Origin: Burkholderiales bacterium
GTDB lineage: Bacteria > Pseudomonadota > Gammaproteobacteria > Burkholderiales > Burkholderiaceae_C
NCBI GenBank assembly: GCA_016185015.1
Contig: JACPOI010000004.1
Coordinates: forward strand, 29,778-93,777
Direction: 5' to 3'
DNA length: 64,000 bases
Of this stretch, positions 29,573-39,835 are shown in pieces. Below the pieces are notes generated by a model. That model was not told the DNA's origin. It made no database searches and was given only the letters and a program-made list of their open reading frames with translations. Within the stretch, counting starts at the first letter, position 1; each line of letters opens with the position of its first letter. Made by a program: the position numbers and the translations under genes.

Positions 29573-30366
29573 TTCAGGCAGGCCGGGCCAAAGCGCTCCC
29601 ACTCGGTCTGCGTCTGCACACCTTCGTAATCGGCCACCAGGTGCTCGGCCACGGCGGTCAGCGCCACCAGGTTGCGCACCCCGGCCGGGATCGAGCTCAC
29701 GCGCAGCACGGTGAAATCATGGTGCAGGCGGATGGCAAAGGCGATCACCGGCGGCAGAAACCAGGTGCGTGACACGATGGCGCCGACCACGGCGTGGTCG
29801 GTTCGGTGCACTGCATTCTCGGTTTCGGTGAAGCTGCGGTCCTGCCGTGCCATGGCTTCGGCCAGCGTTCCGGCGTAGCCGCGCACGCCCTGCAGCATGA
29901 TGGGGATGCCCACGTGCATGAAGAGACCGCAGGTCTGTGCCACTTCGGCGTCCACGCCATAGAGCTGGCGGGCGATATAGGCCATGGCCAGTGAGCGCCG
30001 CGTCGAGGTCTCCCAGAAGTGTTCCACCAGCGGAGAGTTGATGCGGATCGCGCTGCGCGCCAGGAAGCCGGTCAGGATGGCTGCGGCCTGGCCCATGCCC
30101 AGCATGGTCACGGCTTCGGCCACGGTGCTGGCGGGACGTGCGCGGGAATACAGCGGGCTGTTGGCCACGCGCATCAGTGCTGCGGCCATGGCCACGTCGC
30201 TGCCGGCGATGCGCGTGATCTCGGCCGGATCGGGGTCGCTCTGGCGCATCTCCAGCTGCAGGGCCGTGAGCAGTTCGGGACAGGGCGGGATGACGATGTC
30301 GCGCACCGGCCCTTCCGATCTGGCCTGATCGAGTTCCCTGTCGATGTCTGTCACTTGCATGCCCAT
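29491..30366 (-). CDS. HDOD domain-containing protein
   Basis: 291 aa: EITRIAGSDVAMAAALMRVANSPLYSRARPASTVAEAVTMLGMGQ. It also has an HD-related helical region. Confidence 0.8.
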   Translation of the reverse strand: MGMQVTDIDRELDQARSEGPVRDIVIPPCPELLTALQLEMRQSDPDPAEITRIAGSDVAMAAALMRVANSPLYSRARPASTVAEAVTMLGMGQAAAILTGFLARSAIRINSPLVEHFWETSTRRSLAMAYIARQLYGVDAEVAQTCGLFMHVGIPIMLQGVRGYAGTLAEAMARQDRSFTETENAVHRTDHAVVGAIVSRTWFLPPVIAFAIRLHHDFTVLRVSSIPAGVRNLVALTAVAEHLVADYEGVQTQTEWERFGPACLNYLQIGASEVDLWVDTLHPVFEGVVLA

Positions 30367-30440
30367 GGCCTGGCTCCTGTCGGGCCATTATCCGCACAAA
30401 ACCCCTGCTGGCCTTGTCCTGTCGCAAGCCCCGGCTCTTT

Positions 30441-32885
30441 CTAGGGCGACGCCGCGGGGCGGTGCTGCCAATAGCGTGCCTGCACCTGCCGCTCGCAGCG
30501 CGTCTGCCGGGGCTGGGTGGACTGCCAGCTGGCCGCACCGCAGTGGGCCGAGGTGAGCACCTGCACGTCGCGCTCCTCGTAGCGCCTCAGCACCTCCGGC
30601 GCCGGATGGCCGAAACGGTTGCGGTAGCCTGCCTGTACCAAGGCAGTGTGTGGCGCCACGGCGTCCAGGAAGGCGGCTGTGCTGGAGGTCTTGCTGCCAT
30701 GGTGGGGCACCAGCAGCCAGTCGGCGCGCAAGGCAGCGTTCTCGAGCACCAGCCGGGCCTCCTGTGCCTTCTCGATGTCGCCCGCCAGCAGCACCGTCTG
30801 CGCGCCATTGCTGATGCGCAGCACGCAGGACAGGGCATTACTGCGGCGTGCCTTGCCGTAGTCTTCGGCCGACGGGTGCAGCAGTTCGAAGTGCACGCCA
30901 TCCCAGTCCCAGGCCTGGCCGGCCATGCAGCGGCTGCTGCGACGCAGGGCCTGCAGCTCGTGGGCGTCTTCCAGGGAACTGAGCAGCTCTGTGTCCGGTT
31001 GTGCTGCCAGCACGGCCGCAGCGCCGCCAGTGTGGTCGCTGTCGCGGTGGCTCAGCACCAGGCGGTCCAGCCGTACATCGAGGGCCCGCAACAGTGGTAC
31101 CAGCACCCGCTGTCCGGCGTCGCTGTCGTTGGCGTGGCGCGGCCCGGCGTCGTAGAGCAGGGCGTGGGTGGCGGTGCGCACCAGCACGGCATTGCCCTGG
31201 CCGATATCGGCCGCCAGCAGTTCGAACTGGCCCGGCGCGGGGCGAATTGGCTGCCACAGCAGCACGGGCAGCAGCAGCGGCAAGCCGGCCAGACGCATGG
31301 CCCAGGGCAAACGCAGCACCAGCAGCAGGCCCCCCAGTACACCGGCGATACCGGCCCACAGCGGCGCCTGTGCCACCGAGAACGTGGCCAGGGGCCAGGC
31401 GGCCATGACCTGCAGCACGGCCGCCAGCCACTGCACTGTCTGCGCGGCAGCGTCCCACAGCGGCGCCCAGAGCATGCCCAGCAGCGCCAGCGGCGTCACC
31501 ACCAGCGTGACCCAGGGGATGGCCGCCAGGTTGGCCAGCAGACCGACCAGCGAGACCTGACCGAACAGCAGCAAGGTCAGCGGTGCCAGGGCCAGCGTGA
31601 TCAGCCACTGCTCGCGCAGCAAGCCCGCCAGCCGCTGTTTCCAGGTTGGCGGTGTCTCCTGCTGCTGGCCTGCACCGGCGAACAGCACGCCCACCGCCAC
31701 AAAGCTGAGCCAGAAGCCCGCTTGCAGCAGCGCCCAGGGATCGGCCAGCAGTACCACGGCTGCGGTCAGCAGCCAGAGCTGCGGCCAGGGCCAGCGCCGT
31801 GCCGACAGGCTCAGCAGGGTCACGGTGGCCAGCATGAGCACCGTGCGTTGTGCCGGCACACCCCAGCCGCTGAACAGGGCGTAGCTGGCCGCCAGCAGCA
31901 AACCGCCTATCAGTCCCGCATGCTGGGCCGGATACGCCAGGCACAGGCGTGGCGAGCTCCGCCAGAACGCGCGCAGCAGCAGCGCGGCCAGCCAGGCAAA
32001 GAGCGTGATGTGCAGGCCCGAGATGCTCATGAGGTGGGCCACGCCGGTGGCGCGGAAGATGTCCCAGTCGCTGCGCGTGATGGCCTGCTGGTCGCCCGTG
32101 ACCAGCGCGGCCACGATGCCCATGGCTCTGGCCTGTGCCTCTTCGCCCGGGGTCCCGCTGACCACGGGGACACGTTGCTGGATGGTGTCGCGGACCTGCT
32201 GGCGCGCCCATTCCACCGGGTGCTGCCAACTCTGCCCAAGCGGCTGCGGCTGCGGGTCGCGCTTGCCGGTGCGCACATAGCCCGTGGCCTGCAGGTCCCG
32301 CTCCCAGAGCCAGAGCTCGAAATCGAAGCCGTGCGGGTTGAGCGTTCCGTGCGGTGCGCGCAACCGCACGGTGAACAACCAGCGCTCGCCGGCCTGCAAG
32401 GGTGGCGCCACTTGCAGGGGCTCCAGCAGTGCGCCGTCCTCGTTGCGGAAGCCGCCGTACCAGCTCAGGTAGAGCCGCGGTGGCACCTGCACGGCCTGCC
32501 CGTTCTGCGTCGCGCTTTCCACCGTGAAACGAAAGCGTGTGCTGTTCTCGCCGAACTGGGGCATGGCGCTGATGCGACCGGTGATGCTGATGTCTTTGCC
32601 TTCCAGTGCCGGATCCAGGGCCTGCAGCTGAAAGAGCGTGGCGCGCAGGCCGGTGCTGGCGTGGGCCAGCAGGGCAGCTGCGATGAAGGCACCGAGCAGT
32701 CTGGCCATCAGGTGATGCGATCTGCCGATGGCGAGGACCAGTGCGAACGCGGCGGCGATCAGCAGGCCGTAGTGGGTCGCGGGCCAGAGCTCGCTTTGCT
32801 GCAGTTGTGCAGCCAGGCCGGTGATCCAGCCCAGGAGGGCGGGAGTCAGGAGTCTGGCTTGGCTCTGGGGCGGGCTTTGCGGCAT
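30441..32885 (-). CDS. comEC: DNA internalization-related competence protein ComEC/Rec2
   Basis: 814 aa. It has an N-terminal membrane/OB region, the competence-domain block FRATGVAHLMSISGLHITLFA, and a C-terminal metallo-beta-lactamase block LLAADIGQGNAVLV...LVLSHRDSDHTGG...VPHHGS. Confidence 0.88.
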   Translation of the reverse strand: MPQSPPQSQARLLTPALLGWITGLAAQLQQSELWPATHYGLLIAAAFALVLAIGRSHHLMARLLGAFIAAALLAHASTGLRATLFQLQALDPALEGKDISITGRISAMPQFGENSTRFRFTVESATQNGQAVQVPPRLYLSWYGGFRNEDGALLEPLQVAPPLQAGERWLFTVRLRAPHGTLNPHGFDFELWLWERDLQATGYVRTGKRDPQPQPLGQSWQHPVEWARQQVRDTIQQRVPVVSGTPGEEAQARAMGIVAALVTGDQQAITRSDWDIFRATGVAHLMSISGLHITLFAWLAALLLRAFWRSSPRLCLAYPAQHAGLIGGLLLAASYALFSGWGVPAQRTVLMLATVTLLSLSARRWPWPQLWLLTAAVVLLADPWALLQAGFWLSFVAVGVLFAGAGQQQETPPTWKQRLAGLLREQWLITLALAPLTLLLFGQVSLVGLLANLAAIPWVTLVVTPLALLGMLWAPLWDAAAQTVQWLAAVLQVMAAWPLATFSVAQAPLWAGIAGVLGGLLLVLRLPWAMRLAGLPLLLPVLLWQPIRPAPGQFELLAADIGQGNAVLVRTATHALLYDAGPRHANDSDAGQRVLVPLLRALDVRLDRLVLSHRDSDHTGGAAAVLAAQPDTELLSSLEDAHELQALRRSSRCMAGQAWDWDGVHFELLHPSAEDYGKARRSNALSCVLRISNGAQTVLLAGDIEKAQEARLVLENAALRADWLLVPHHGSKTSSTAAFLDAVAPHTALVQAGYRNRFGHPAPEVLRRYEERDVQVLTSAHCGAASWQSTQPRQTRCERQVQARYWQHRPAASP

Positions 32886-32935
32886 GGCTCCATGCTAATG
32901 CTTGATTTGTTTCTTTCGTCGTTGTGTTGCAGCTG

Positions 32936-33038
32936 GCGTGGCATTGCCGGGTCTCGCCCCGGCGGGCGAGGTACTTTCTCTTGCTTCGCCAAGAAAAAGT
33001 GAGTGCGCCGCCTGGCGCACATCCCGGCAATGCCACGC
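32936..33038. repeat. 103-bp palindromic, highly structured intergenic element
   Basis: A perfect 16-bp inverted repeat, GCGTGGCATTGCCGGG (32936-32951) against CCCGGCAATGCCACGC (33023-33038), encloses three small hairpins (TCGCCC..GGGCGA, CTTG..CAAG, TGCGCC..GGCGCA). Confidence 0.5.
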
Positions 33039-33064
33039 AAACTAAACAAGACCCCAAAAGAGAG

Positions 33065-34072
33065 TCAGTACAAAGCCAACGCTTCCAGACACCGCCGCTT
33101 GTGCATCTCCCCCTGCTCCGGCGGCAACTCCAGCCCAGGCAGACGCAAGCCGTAATCCAGCTCCTGCGCCTCCGCCAGCAAGACCCAGGCGCACAGCCGT
33201 GACAGGCGTTGCTCCAGCGAGGCACCCTGGGTTTCGGCCAGGTCCAGCCAGAGCTGGAAGTGCTGCGCCTGCAGGCTGTCGCGGCTGACCAGTTCGTCGG
33301 TCTTGGCGGCTTTCTTCCATACGACGCTCTTGAGCGGATCGCCGCGGCGGTAGGGGCGCACGCCGTCGAACTCGCTGCTGGCCACGTGGCGCGCGGCGCT
33401 GTCGCCGTGGCTGTGGGCCTGGCCCTCGGGCAGTGCGGGTGGCGAGGCTTCTGCCTGGGGATAGACCAGCACGCTGGCGGCCGGGCGCCACAGGGTCCAG
33501 ACGCGGAAGATGCCCAGGGGGAAACGGGTTTCGGCCGTCAGCATGGGAATTTCGTGCCGGCCACGCGACAGGCCGGGCCATACCAGCTCGATGTCGGTGC
33601 TGCCCCCTCCCGGCACGTCGCACCAGACCCAGGGGGCCTGCGGGTTCTCGCCATAAACGCGCAGGCCGATGCCGTAGCGCGGTGCGCTGCGGGCGTTGTG
33701 CAGGCTGATGCGCAGTTGGCTGGGTGCGTCGGCGTGGTGGGCATCGACCGGGTGCAGCACCAGGGTGAGGCCGCGCAGCGTGCCGTGCGAGATGTAGGTA
33801 CTGACGACGGCGCTGCCACCCAGCAGAAAGGTGAGCAGGTAACCCAGGTTGAGCTGGTAGTTGATGGAGGCCACCAGCAGCACCAGCAGGGTGCCGGCGA
33901 GCATGAAACCGGCGCGCGTGGGCAGGATGTAGACGTTGTGCTGCGTCAGCGTGAGCGTATCGCTGCGAGGCAGGCGGGCCTGCCACCAGCGCTGCCAGCG
34001 CGCCCGCACATGGGCCAGGGGCCGCAGCGCGGGGTTGGGCAGGGGCTGCGCGTGGTCGGTCACAGCAGGCAC
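33065..34072 (-). CDS. DUF58 domain-containing protein
   Basis: 335 aa. It has two N-terminal TM helices and the conserved block SSEFDGVRPYRRGDPLKSVVWK. It lies immediately downstream of the MoxR ATPase. Confidence 0.85.
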   Translation of the reverse strand: MPAVTDHAQPLPNPALRPLAHVRARWQRWWQARLPRSDTLTLTQHNVYILPTRAGFMLAGTLLVLLVASINYQLNLGYLLTFLLGGSAVVSTYISHGTLRGLTLVLHPVDAHHADAPSQLRISLHNARSAPRYGIGLRVYGENPQAPWVWCDVPGGGSTDIELVWPGLSRGRHEIPMLTAETRFPLGIFRVWTLWRPAASVLVYPQAEASPPALPEGQAHSHGDSAARHVASSEFDGVRPYRRGDPLKSVVWKKAAKTDELVSRDSLQAQHFQLWLDLAETQGASLEQRLSRLCAWVLLAEAQELDYGLRLPGLELPPEQGEMHKRRCLEALALY

Positions 34073-34073
34073 G

Positions 34074-34994
<921 letters not shown>

Positions 34995-35024
34995 GGCTCG
35001 ACATTAACCGAATTCAGGTGAGAC

Positions 35025-35978
35025 ATGAGCAAGACGGGTTACTTCACCCACCGTGATTGCCGCAAGCATGAGATGGGGCCGGGGCACCCCGAATGTCCCG
35101 AGCGGCTCGACGCCATCGAGGACCGCCTGCTGGCTTCGGGCCTGGACCTGGCGCTGACGCGTCTGGAGGCGCCGCTGGCCTCGGTCGAGGAGATGGAACT
35201 GGCCCACGGTCGCATGCACATCGCCGCGCTGCGGGGGCTGAGTGCCTCCTTGCATGAGGAGGTGGCCGCGGGGGGGCCGAGTTACGCCCACGTCGATCCG
35301 GACACCGCCATGAACGTGCATTCGTGGAACGCCATCCTGCGCGGCGCCGGGGCCGCGATGGCCGCGACCGATGCGGTATTGGCCGGCGAGCTGGAAAACG
35401 CCTTCTGCGCCATCCGTCCGCCTGGCCACCACGCCTGCCGCGACAAGGCCATGGGCTTCTGCTTTGTCAACAACGTGGCGCTGGCGGCCAAGTACGCCGT
35501 GGAGCGGCACGGCCTCAAGCGCGTGGCCATTGCCGACTTCGATGTGCACCACGGCAACGGCACCGAGGATATCGTGGCCGACGACGAGCGCATCCTGATG
35601 GTGAGCATCTACCAGCATCCCTACTACCCGCACGGTGGCGCACGGCCGGACACCGCCACCATGGTCAATGTGCCCGTGCCGGCCTATACCAAGGGCATGG
35701 AGGTGCGCGAACTGATCGAGATGCTGTGGATCCCGCGCCTCGAAGCCTTCAAGCCCGAGATGATCTTCATCAGCGCCGGTTTCGACGCGCACCGCGAGGA
35801 CGATCTGGGCCAGCTGGGGCTGGTGGAAGCCGACTACGCCTGGATCACCGAGCGCCTCATGGGCGTGGCGCGCCGTTTCAGCAAGGGGCGCATCGTCTCC
35901 TGCCTGGAAGGCGGCTACAACCTGAGCGCGTTGGGGCGCAGTGTGGAAGCGCATCTGCGCGCCTTGGCGGACGTATAG
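35025..35978 (+). CDS. histone deacetylase-family (arginase-fold) deacetylase
   Basis: 317 aa: IRPPGHHA, GFCFVNNVA, DFDVHHGNGTED and EGGY. Confidence 0.88.
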   Translation: MSKTGYFTHRDCRKHEMGPGHPECPERLDAIEDRLLASGLDLALTRLEAPLASVEEMELAHGRMHIAALRGLSASLHEEVAAGGPSYAHVDPDTAMNVHSWNAILRGAGAAMAATDAVLAGELENAFCAIRPPGHHACRDKAMGFCFVNNVALAAKYAVERHGLKRVAIADFDVHHGNGTEDIVADDERILMVSIYQHPYYPHGGARPDTATMVNVPVPAYTKGMEVRELIEMLWIPRLEAFKPEMIFISAGFDAHREDDLGQLGLVEADYAWITERLMGVARRFSKGRIVSCLEGGYNLSALGRSVEAHLRALADV

Positions 35979-36013
35979 AACACCCCCAGGCTGCGTGCAC
36001 TGCGTGTCGCTCC

Positions 36014-36067
36014 GCCACCCCCCTTGCAGGGGGCAACGTCAGCGGCCCGGCAAAGCCGGTTCCGCGG
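36014..36067 (-). repeat. REP-like intergenic repeat, copy B (inverted relative to copy A)
   Basis: The reverse complement of 36045-36067 equals the 23-mer at 8413-8435 exactly. It is followed by GCTG and a CCCCC-TTGCA-GGGGG hairpin in the equivalent position. Confidence 0.6.
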
Positions 36068-36122
36068 CGTTCCGTAAGTAAGCTCCTGCACGCTGTTGCC
36101 GGCGGGCACCCAAGTCAGGCGC

Positions 36123-36608
36123 TTACCAAGCTATGTAAGCGTAGCCCTTTTCCTGCAGCTCCATGATGGCCGCGGCGCCGACTTCCTCGACCTTGGCGAA
36201 ATCGAGCATGTCGGCTTGCTCCCAGCCCAGGGTGTGCATGGTGTTGCCGCAGGCGATGAACTCGATGCCATAGGACTCGCTCATGCCGCGCACGCGTTGC
36301 TGCAGGGTCTTGGGCACCGGGCGCTTGGGCTTTTTCGCCAACAGGTGGATGCCCGGACCCCAGGCCACCACGACGATGCTGACGTCGTCCACGTATTTCT
36401 TGAGCATCGCGCCGATTGAATTGAGGATGGCTTCCTGGTACTCGGGCTCGTGACGGTTGATCTGGTAGACGACCTTGTGTGGCGGCCCATCGGTCGCAGT
36501 CGGGGCCTTGGGATTGGCGGCACGGGCCGGCAGCGCGGCGCCAGCCGTGGCTGCTGCGGCGACGGCGCCGAGCAGCTGGCGGCGGGCAAGAGGGGAGGGG
36601 TTCGACAT
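36123..36608 (-). CDS. DsrE-family protein with a twin-arginine signal peptide
   Basis: 161 aa: MSNPSPLARRQLLGAVAAAATAGAALPARA (Tat-like), followed by a DsrE/COG1416-like core HKVVYQINRHEP...VVAWGPGIHLL...IEFIACGNTM. Confidence 0.75.
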   Translation of the reverse strand: MSNPSPLARRQLLGAVAAAATAGAALPARAANPKAPTATDGPPHKVVYQINRHEPEYQEAILNSIGAMLKKYVDDVSIVVVAWGPGIHLLAKKPKRPVPKTLQQRVRGMSESYGIEFIACGNTMHTLGWEQADMLDFAKVEEVGAAAIMELQEKGYAYIAW

Positions 36609-36692
36609 GTTCAGGTGCTTTCCGTGGGGTTGCTAATAGATTAGCCCATGTCGTGCCGAGTTCCCGGCGCAATTCGGTGAAAATCCTTCACC

Positions 36693-37928
36693 ATGACCGA
36701 ACTCCAAAATCTCTTGCACGATCTGGGCGGCGCGCGCGTCTGGGTCGAGGTGCTGGTGCTGCTGGCCTGCCTGGCCCTGGCCTACGGGGTGGCGCGTTAT
36801 GCGCGGCGCGGGCACGGGGCTGATTCCGTCTGGTTCGGTCGCCATGTGTTCGACGGCTTGCTGTTTCCCGTGCTGGCCCTGGTGCTGATCTATGCCGCGC
36901 GTCATGGCGTGGCCCAGGTCCAGCCGGTGGCCGTGCTCAAGGTGGCCCTGCCCATCTTCACTTCGCTGGCCGCCATCCGGCTGTTTGTGCGCGTGCTGGG
37001 CGCTTCTTTCCCCCAGTCGTCTGCGGTCAAGCTGACCGAAAGCCTGGTGTCCTGGCTGGCCTGGGGCGCGGCCGTGCTCTGGATCACGGGCCTGTTGCCT
37101 GCGGTGCTGGACGAACTCGATGCCATCCATTTCGCCTTCGGCAAGTCGCGCATCAGTGTGCGCACCCTGCTCGATGGCGTCCTTTCCTCGGGGGTGATGC
37201 TCGTGGTGGTGCTGTGGATTTCGGCCACCATCGAGAGGCGCATCCTGCGCGAGAACGTGGGTGACCTGTCCATGCGCAAGGTGGCGGCGAACGCCATCCG
37301 CGCTGCCCTGTTGCTGCTGGGGCTGTTGTTCGTGCTCTCGGCCGTGGGGGTGGACCTGACCGCACTCTCGGTGCTGGGCGGTGCGCTCGGTGTGGGCCTG
37401 GGTTTCGGCTTGCAGAAGCTGGCGGCCAACTATGTCAGCGGCTTTGTCATCCTGCTGGAGCGCTCGCTGCGCATCGGCGACGTGGTGCGCGTGGACAACT
37501 TCGAGGGCGTGGTCACCGACATCAAGACACGTTACACCCTGATCCGCGCGCTCAATGGCCGCGAGTCGGTGGTACCCAATGAACTGATCATCACCCAGCG
37601 CGTCGAAAACCTGTCCACGGCCGATCCCAAGGTGCAGCTGGCGATCAATGTGGCGGTGGGCTACGACAGCGATGTCGAGCGCGTGCGCCAGATCCTGTGT
37701 GCGGCGGGTGCCGCCAGTGCGCGTGTCCTGAAGGACCCGGCACCGGCCGCCTACCTGGCGAACTTCGGTCCTGACGGTCTGGAGTTCACCCTGTCGGTCT
37801 GGATCACCGATCCCGAGAACGGGCAGCTGGCCCTGCGCTCGGAGATCAACCTGGCCATCCTGCAGGGCCTGCGCGAGGCCGGCATCGAGATTCCGTATCC
37901 CCAGCGTGTCGTGCACATGAAAGCCTGA
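36693..37928 (+). CDS. mechanosensitive ion channel family protein (MscS-like)
   Basis: 411 aa. N-terminal TM helices are followed by GFGLQKLAANYVSGFVILLERSLRIGDVVRVDNFEGVVTDI. Confidence 0.85.
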   Translation: MTELQNLLHDLGGARVWVEVLVLLACLALAYGVARYARRGHGADSVWFGRHVFDGLLFPVLALVLIYAARHGVAQVQPVAVLKVALPIFTSLAAIRLFVRVLGASFPQSSAVKLTESLVSWLAWGAAVLWITGLLPAVLDELDAIHFAFGKSRISVRTLLDGVLSSGVMLVVVLWISATIERRILRENVGDLSMRKVAANAIRAALLLLGLLFVLSAVGVDLTALSVLGGALGVGLGFGLQKLAANYVSGFVILLERSLRIGDVVRVDNFEGVVTDIKTRYTLIRALNGRESVVPNELIITQRVENLSTADPKVQLAINVAVGYDSDVERVRQILCAAGAASARVLKDPAPAAYLANFGPDGLEFTLSVWITDPENGQLALRSEINLAILQGLREAGIEIPYPQRVVHMKA

Positions 37929-38030
37929 AGTGGGCGGCATTTCTCCGCGTATAATCAAAAAAGCACGATCGTTCTTTTTTGTGTCGCGCAAGTGCCGGCT
38001 CCCTGTAGCAGGTGCGCCTAGAATCCTCTG

Positions 38031-38048
38031 ATTGACGTACACGTCAAT
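38031..38048. promoter_or_regulatory. candidate operator ATTGACGT-AC-ACGTCAAT upstream of etfB
   Basis: Perfect 8-bp inverted arms sit 39 nt upstream of the etfB ATG, just downstream of a TAGAAT -10-like hexamer at 38019-38024. Confidence 0.4.
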
Positions 38049-38086
38049 CACAACAACCGAATTTGCAACTAGCAGGAGTGCCTCCC

Positions 38087-38836
38087 ATGAAAGTCCTGGT
38101 ACCCGTCAAGCGCGTGGTGGACTACAACGTCAAAGTCCGCGTCAAGTCGGACAACACCGGTGTGGATATCGCCAACGTCAAGATGAGCATGAACCCCTTC
38201 GACGAGATCGCCGTCGAAGAGGCCGTGCGCCTCAAGGAGAAGGGCGTCGTGACCGAGGTCATCGCCGTTTCCTGCGGCGTGGCCCAGTGCCAGGAAACCC
38301 TGCGCACCGCCATGGCCATCGGCGCCGACCGCGCCATCCTGGTCGAGACGGCTGAGGAACTGCAGCCCCTGGCCGTGGCCAAGCTGCTCAAGGCCCTGGT
38401 CGACAAGGAGCAACCCGGCCTGATCATCCTGGGCAAGCAGGCCATCGACGACGATTGCAACCAGACCGGCCAGATGCTGGCCGCGCTGGCCGATCTGCCG
38501 CAAGCCACCTTCGCCTCCAAGGTCGAAGTGGCGGATGGCAAAGCCAAGGTCACGCGCGAGGTGGATGGCGGCCTGGAAACGCTCTCCATCAGCCTGCCGG
38601 CCGTCATCACGACCGACCTGCGCCTGAACGAGCCGCGTTACGTCACGCTGCCCAACATCATGAAGGCCAAGAAAAAGCAGCTCGACACCTTCAAGCCGGA
38701 AGACCTGGGCGTGAACGTCGCGCCGCGCATCAAGACCCTCAAGGTCTCGGAACCCCCGAAGCGCAGCGCCGGTATCAAGGTGCCCGACGTCGCCACGCTG
38801 GTGGCCAAGCTCAAGAATGAAGCCAAGGTGATCTAA
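38087..38836 (+). CDS. etfB: electron transfer flavoprotein subunit beta
   Basis: The ATG at 38087 is preceded by AGGAG. It reads [46 protein letters not shown]. Confidence 0.93.
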   Translation: MKVLVPVKRVVDYNVKVRVKSDNTGVDIANVKMSMNPFDEIAVEEAVRLKEKGVVTEVIAVSCGVAQCQETLRTAMAIGADRAILVETAEELQPLAVAKLLKALVDKEQPGLIILGKQAIDDDCNQTGQMLAALADLPQATFASKVEVADGKAKVTREVDGGLETLSISLPAVITTDLRLNEPRYVTLPNIMKAKKKQLDTFKPEDLGVNVAPRIKTLKVSEPPKRSAGIKVPDVATLVAKLKNEAKVI

Positions 38837-39769
38837 ATGACTGCACTCGTTATTGCCGAACACGACAACGCGTCCATCAAGGGCGCCACCCTCAACACCG
38901 TCACTGCGGCCAAGGCCTGCGGTGGCGACGTCCACATGCTGGTGGCCGGCCACAACGCTGCTGCCGCTGCTGCGGCCGCCGCCCAGATCGCCGGTGTGAG
39001 CAAGGTGATCCATGCCGATGGTGCCCAGCTGGCGCACGGCCTGGCCGAGAACGTGGCCGCCCAGGTGCTGGCCATCGCCGGTAACTACAGCCACATCCTG
39101 TTCCCGGCCACGGCCGCGGGCAAGAACGTGGCCCCGCGTGTGGCTGCCAAGCTCGACGTGGGCCAGATCTCCGACATCACCAAGGTGGACAGTCCTGACA
39201 CCTTCGAGCGCCCGATCTACGCCGGCAACGCCATTGCCACCGTGCAGAGCCTGGATGCCAAGAAGGTCATCACCGTGCGCACCACGGGCTTCGACCCCGC
39301 AGCCGCCACCGGTGGCAGCGCCGCCGTGGAAACCGCAGCGGCCGCGGCCGACAGCGGCAAGAGCAGCTTCGTCGGTTCCGAGATCGCCAAGAACGATCGC
39401 CCCGAACTGACCGCCGCCAAGATCATCGTTTCCGGCGGCCGCGCCCTGGGTTCGAGCGAGAAGTTCAACGAGGTCATGACCCCGCTGGCCGACAAGCTGG
39501 GGGCCGCCATCGGTGCCAGCCGCGCCGCGGTGGACGCGGGGTATGCGCCCAACGACCTCCAGGTCGGCCAGACCGGCAAGATCGTGGCGCCGCAGCTCTA
39601 CATCGCCTGCGGCATCAGCGGTGCCATCCAGCACCTGGCCGGCATGAAGGACAGCAAGGTGATCGTGGCCATCAACAAGGACCCCGAGGCGCCGATCTTC
39701 AGCGTGGCCGACTACGGCCTGGAGGCCGACCTCTTCACGGCCGTCCCCGAGCTGGTCAAGGCGCTCTGA
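38837..39769 (+). CDS. etfA: electron transfer flavoprotein subunit alpha
   Basis: 310 aa: [11 protein letters not shown]...[18 protein letters not shown]...[28 protein letters not shown]. Confidence 0.93.
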   Translation: MTALVIAEHDNASIKGATLNTVTAAKACGGDVHMLVAGHNAAAAAAAAAQIAGVSKVIHADGAQLAHGLAENVAAQVLAIAGNYSHILFPATAAGKNVAPRVAAKLDVGQISDITKVDSPDTFERPIYAGNAIATVQSLDAKKVITVRTTGFDPAAATGGSAAVETAAAAADSGKSSFVGSEIAKNDRPELTAAKIIVSGGRALGSSEKFNEVMTPLADKLGAAIGASRAAVDAGYAPNDLQVGQTGKIVAPQLYIACGISGAIQHLAGMKDSKVIVAINKDPEAPIFSVADYGLEADLFTAVPELVKAL

Positions 39770-39779
39770 TCCGCCACAA

Positions 39780-39806
39780 GGCACCGCGTTCGCGGTGCCT
39801 TTTTTT
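39780..39806 (+). terminator. rho-independent terminator after etfA
   Basis: The GGCACCGCG...CGCGGTGCC stem is followed by TTTTTTT. Confidence 0.75.
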
Positions 39807-39835
39807 CATCTTTTCACATACGCTGGAGTCCCGCC

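Noticed and set aside
33034-33046. A 13-mer ACGCAAACTAAAC shared with about 61997-62009.
   Set aside because: Dozens of 13-mer coincidences are expected in a 64-kb window, and the flanks are unrelated.
38940-38995. GCN-rich repetitive DNA (GCTGCTGCCGCTGCTGCGGCCGCCGCC).
   Set aside because: It encodes the poly-Ala linker (AAAAAAAAQ) of EtfA. It is not a tandem-repeat locus or a CRISPR-like array.
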